From Bacteroidales bacterium (lineage in GTDB: Bacteria; Bacteroidota; Bacteroidia; Bacteroidales; UBA4181): a stretch of DNA of 36,759 nucleotides. The position numbers were made by a program, and so were the translations under genes. The stretch is from the NCBI GenBank assembly GCA_031273395.1, contig JAISRX010000295.1:1-36759 (forward strand), read 5' to 3'. Each line of letters opens with the position of its first letter. The first letter of the stretch is position 1. This document shows, piece after piece, positions 36,151 to 36,759 of the stretch. The notes under the pieces were generated by a model, which searched no databases, was not told the DNA's origin, and saw only the letters and a list, made by a program, of their open reading frames with translations.

Positions 36151-36580
36151 GGCAGATTTCGCTTCGCTTCATCTGCGGTTAATAAAGTGCCGTCCCGTGC
36201 GGGAATTGGTAGCGTATGGATGCCGTCCTGTCCGTAAGCTGAAGCATTCGGTTAATAATGTGTCGTCCCGTGCGGGACTTGGGAGCGTATATATGCCGTC
36301 CTGTCCGTAAGCTGAAGCTTACGGTTAATAAAGTGTCGTCCCGTGCGGGACTTGGGAGAGGTGGCGGGTACGCTATCCGTAGGCTGATGCCTTCGGTTAA
36401 TAAAGTGCCGTCCCTGCGGGACTTGGGAGCGTATGGATGCCGCCTGTCCGTAAGCTGAAGCATACGGTTAATAAAGTGTCGTCCCGAGCGGGACTTGGAA
36501 GAGTGTGGATATTTCGTTTCCACAGATGAAGCGAAGCGGAATCTGCGGTTAATAAAGTGCCGTCCCGTGCGGGACTTGGG
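36151..36580 (+). repeat. Tandem array of six two-hairpin REP-like units (family B), 71-81-bp period
   Basis: GGTTAATAAAGTGYCGTCCCGTGCGGGACTTGG-like block at 36177, 36250, 36323, 36395, 36466 and 36547, each preceded by a hairpin (CCGTAAGC-TGAA-GCTTACGG or GCAGAT..ATCTGC). Confidence 0.93.
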
Positions 36581-36582
36581 GG

Positions 36583-36740
36583 GTGAGTTTTCGTACCCCG
36601 CACTGCGCTTCGCTTGTACGGGGTTATCAAAAGGCAACCCCTGTCGGGGTTGTGCACAGCCCTGCATGGACGTAAAACGCCGCAGGCGTTACCCGTTGAT
36701 AACCCCGTATGAAATGCGGGGCGAGGCACGACAGGCTAAC
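36583..36740 (-). repeat. Family A REP doublet, inverted relative to 1-118 and 3073-3275, without MITE-like ends
   Basis: Reverse complement of about 3104-3253, with a small insertion near 36721-36727. Confidence 0.9.
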
Positions 36741-36759
36741 CCCGTCACTCCGGAGCATG

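Noticed and set aside
36151-36580. CRISPR array
   Set aside because: The segments between constant blocks are mostly near-copies of each other and contain their own conserved hairpin. A solo unit occurs at 7690-7784, and no cas gene is in the window.
36179-36729. Minus-strand ORFs with repeated peptides (also 23..214 and 3095..3298)
   Set aside because: They are translations of REP-like repeat DNA. The same peptides recur wherever the element occurs.

Overview
The window is chromosomal DNA from an anaerobic Bacteroidales-type bacterium (inferred from TAnnTTTG promoters, a T9SS operon and Bacteroidota-specific DUFs). Housekeeping content includes rubrerythrin-dtd, a DUF5686 outer-membrane protein, a lone V-type ATPase B subunit, topA-arginase-like-porP-gldKLMN, cstA, thioredoxin-comA-DUF368-queF, rpsU-xerC-raiA, bcp-larB, a GH43, an isolated rplV..rpsN piece of the S10/spc cluster, and DUF4199-GT2-DUF3078-DUF3127. 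The unusual content is mostly non-coding. (1) A DUF6261 (HagB-like) gene is preceded by a promoter, a leader ORF and a 42-bp tandem array, and is bracketed by GTAG REP-like palindromes. (2) A second, sequence-unrelated AT-rich array has the same 41-42-bp period and a similar two-dyads-per-unit design. (3) A two-hairpin REP-like family occurs as a solo unit, as an inverted doublet (nested in a TA-flanked MITE-like shell) and as a 6-unit array. (4) An internally deleted IS1380-family element keeps perfect 14-bp ends. Normally conserved operons (V-ATPase, S10/spc) are fragmented, and each piece has its own promoter motif. No cas, rRNA or tRNA genes were recognised. All family assignments come from motif recognition by eye, not database searches.
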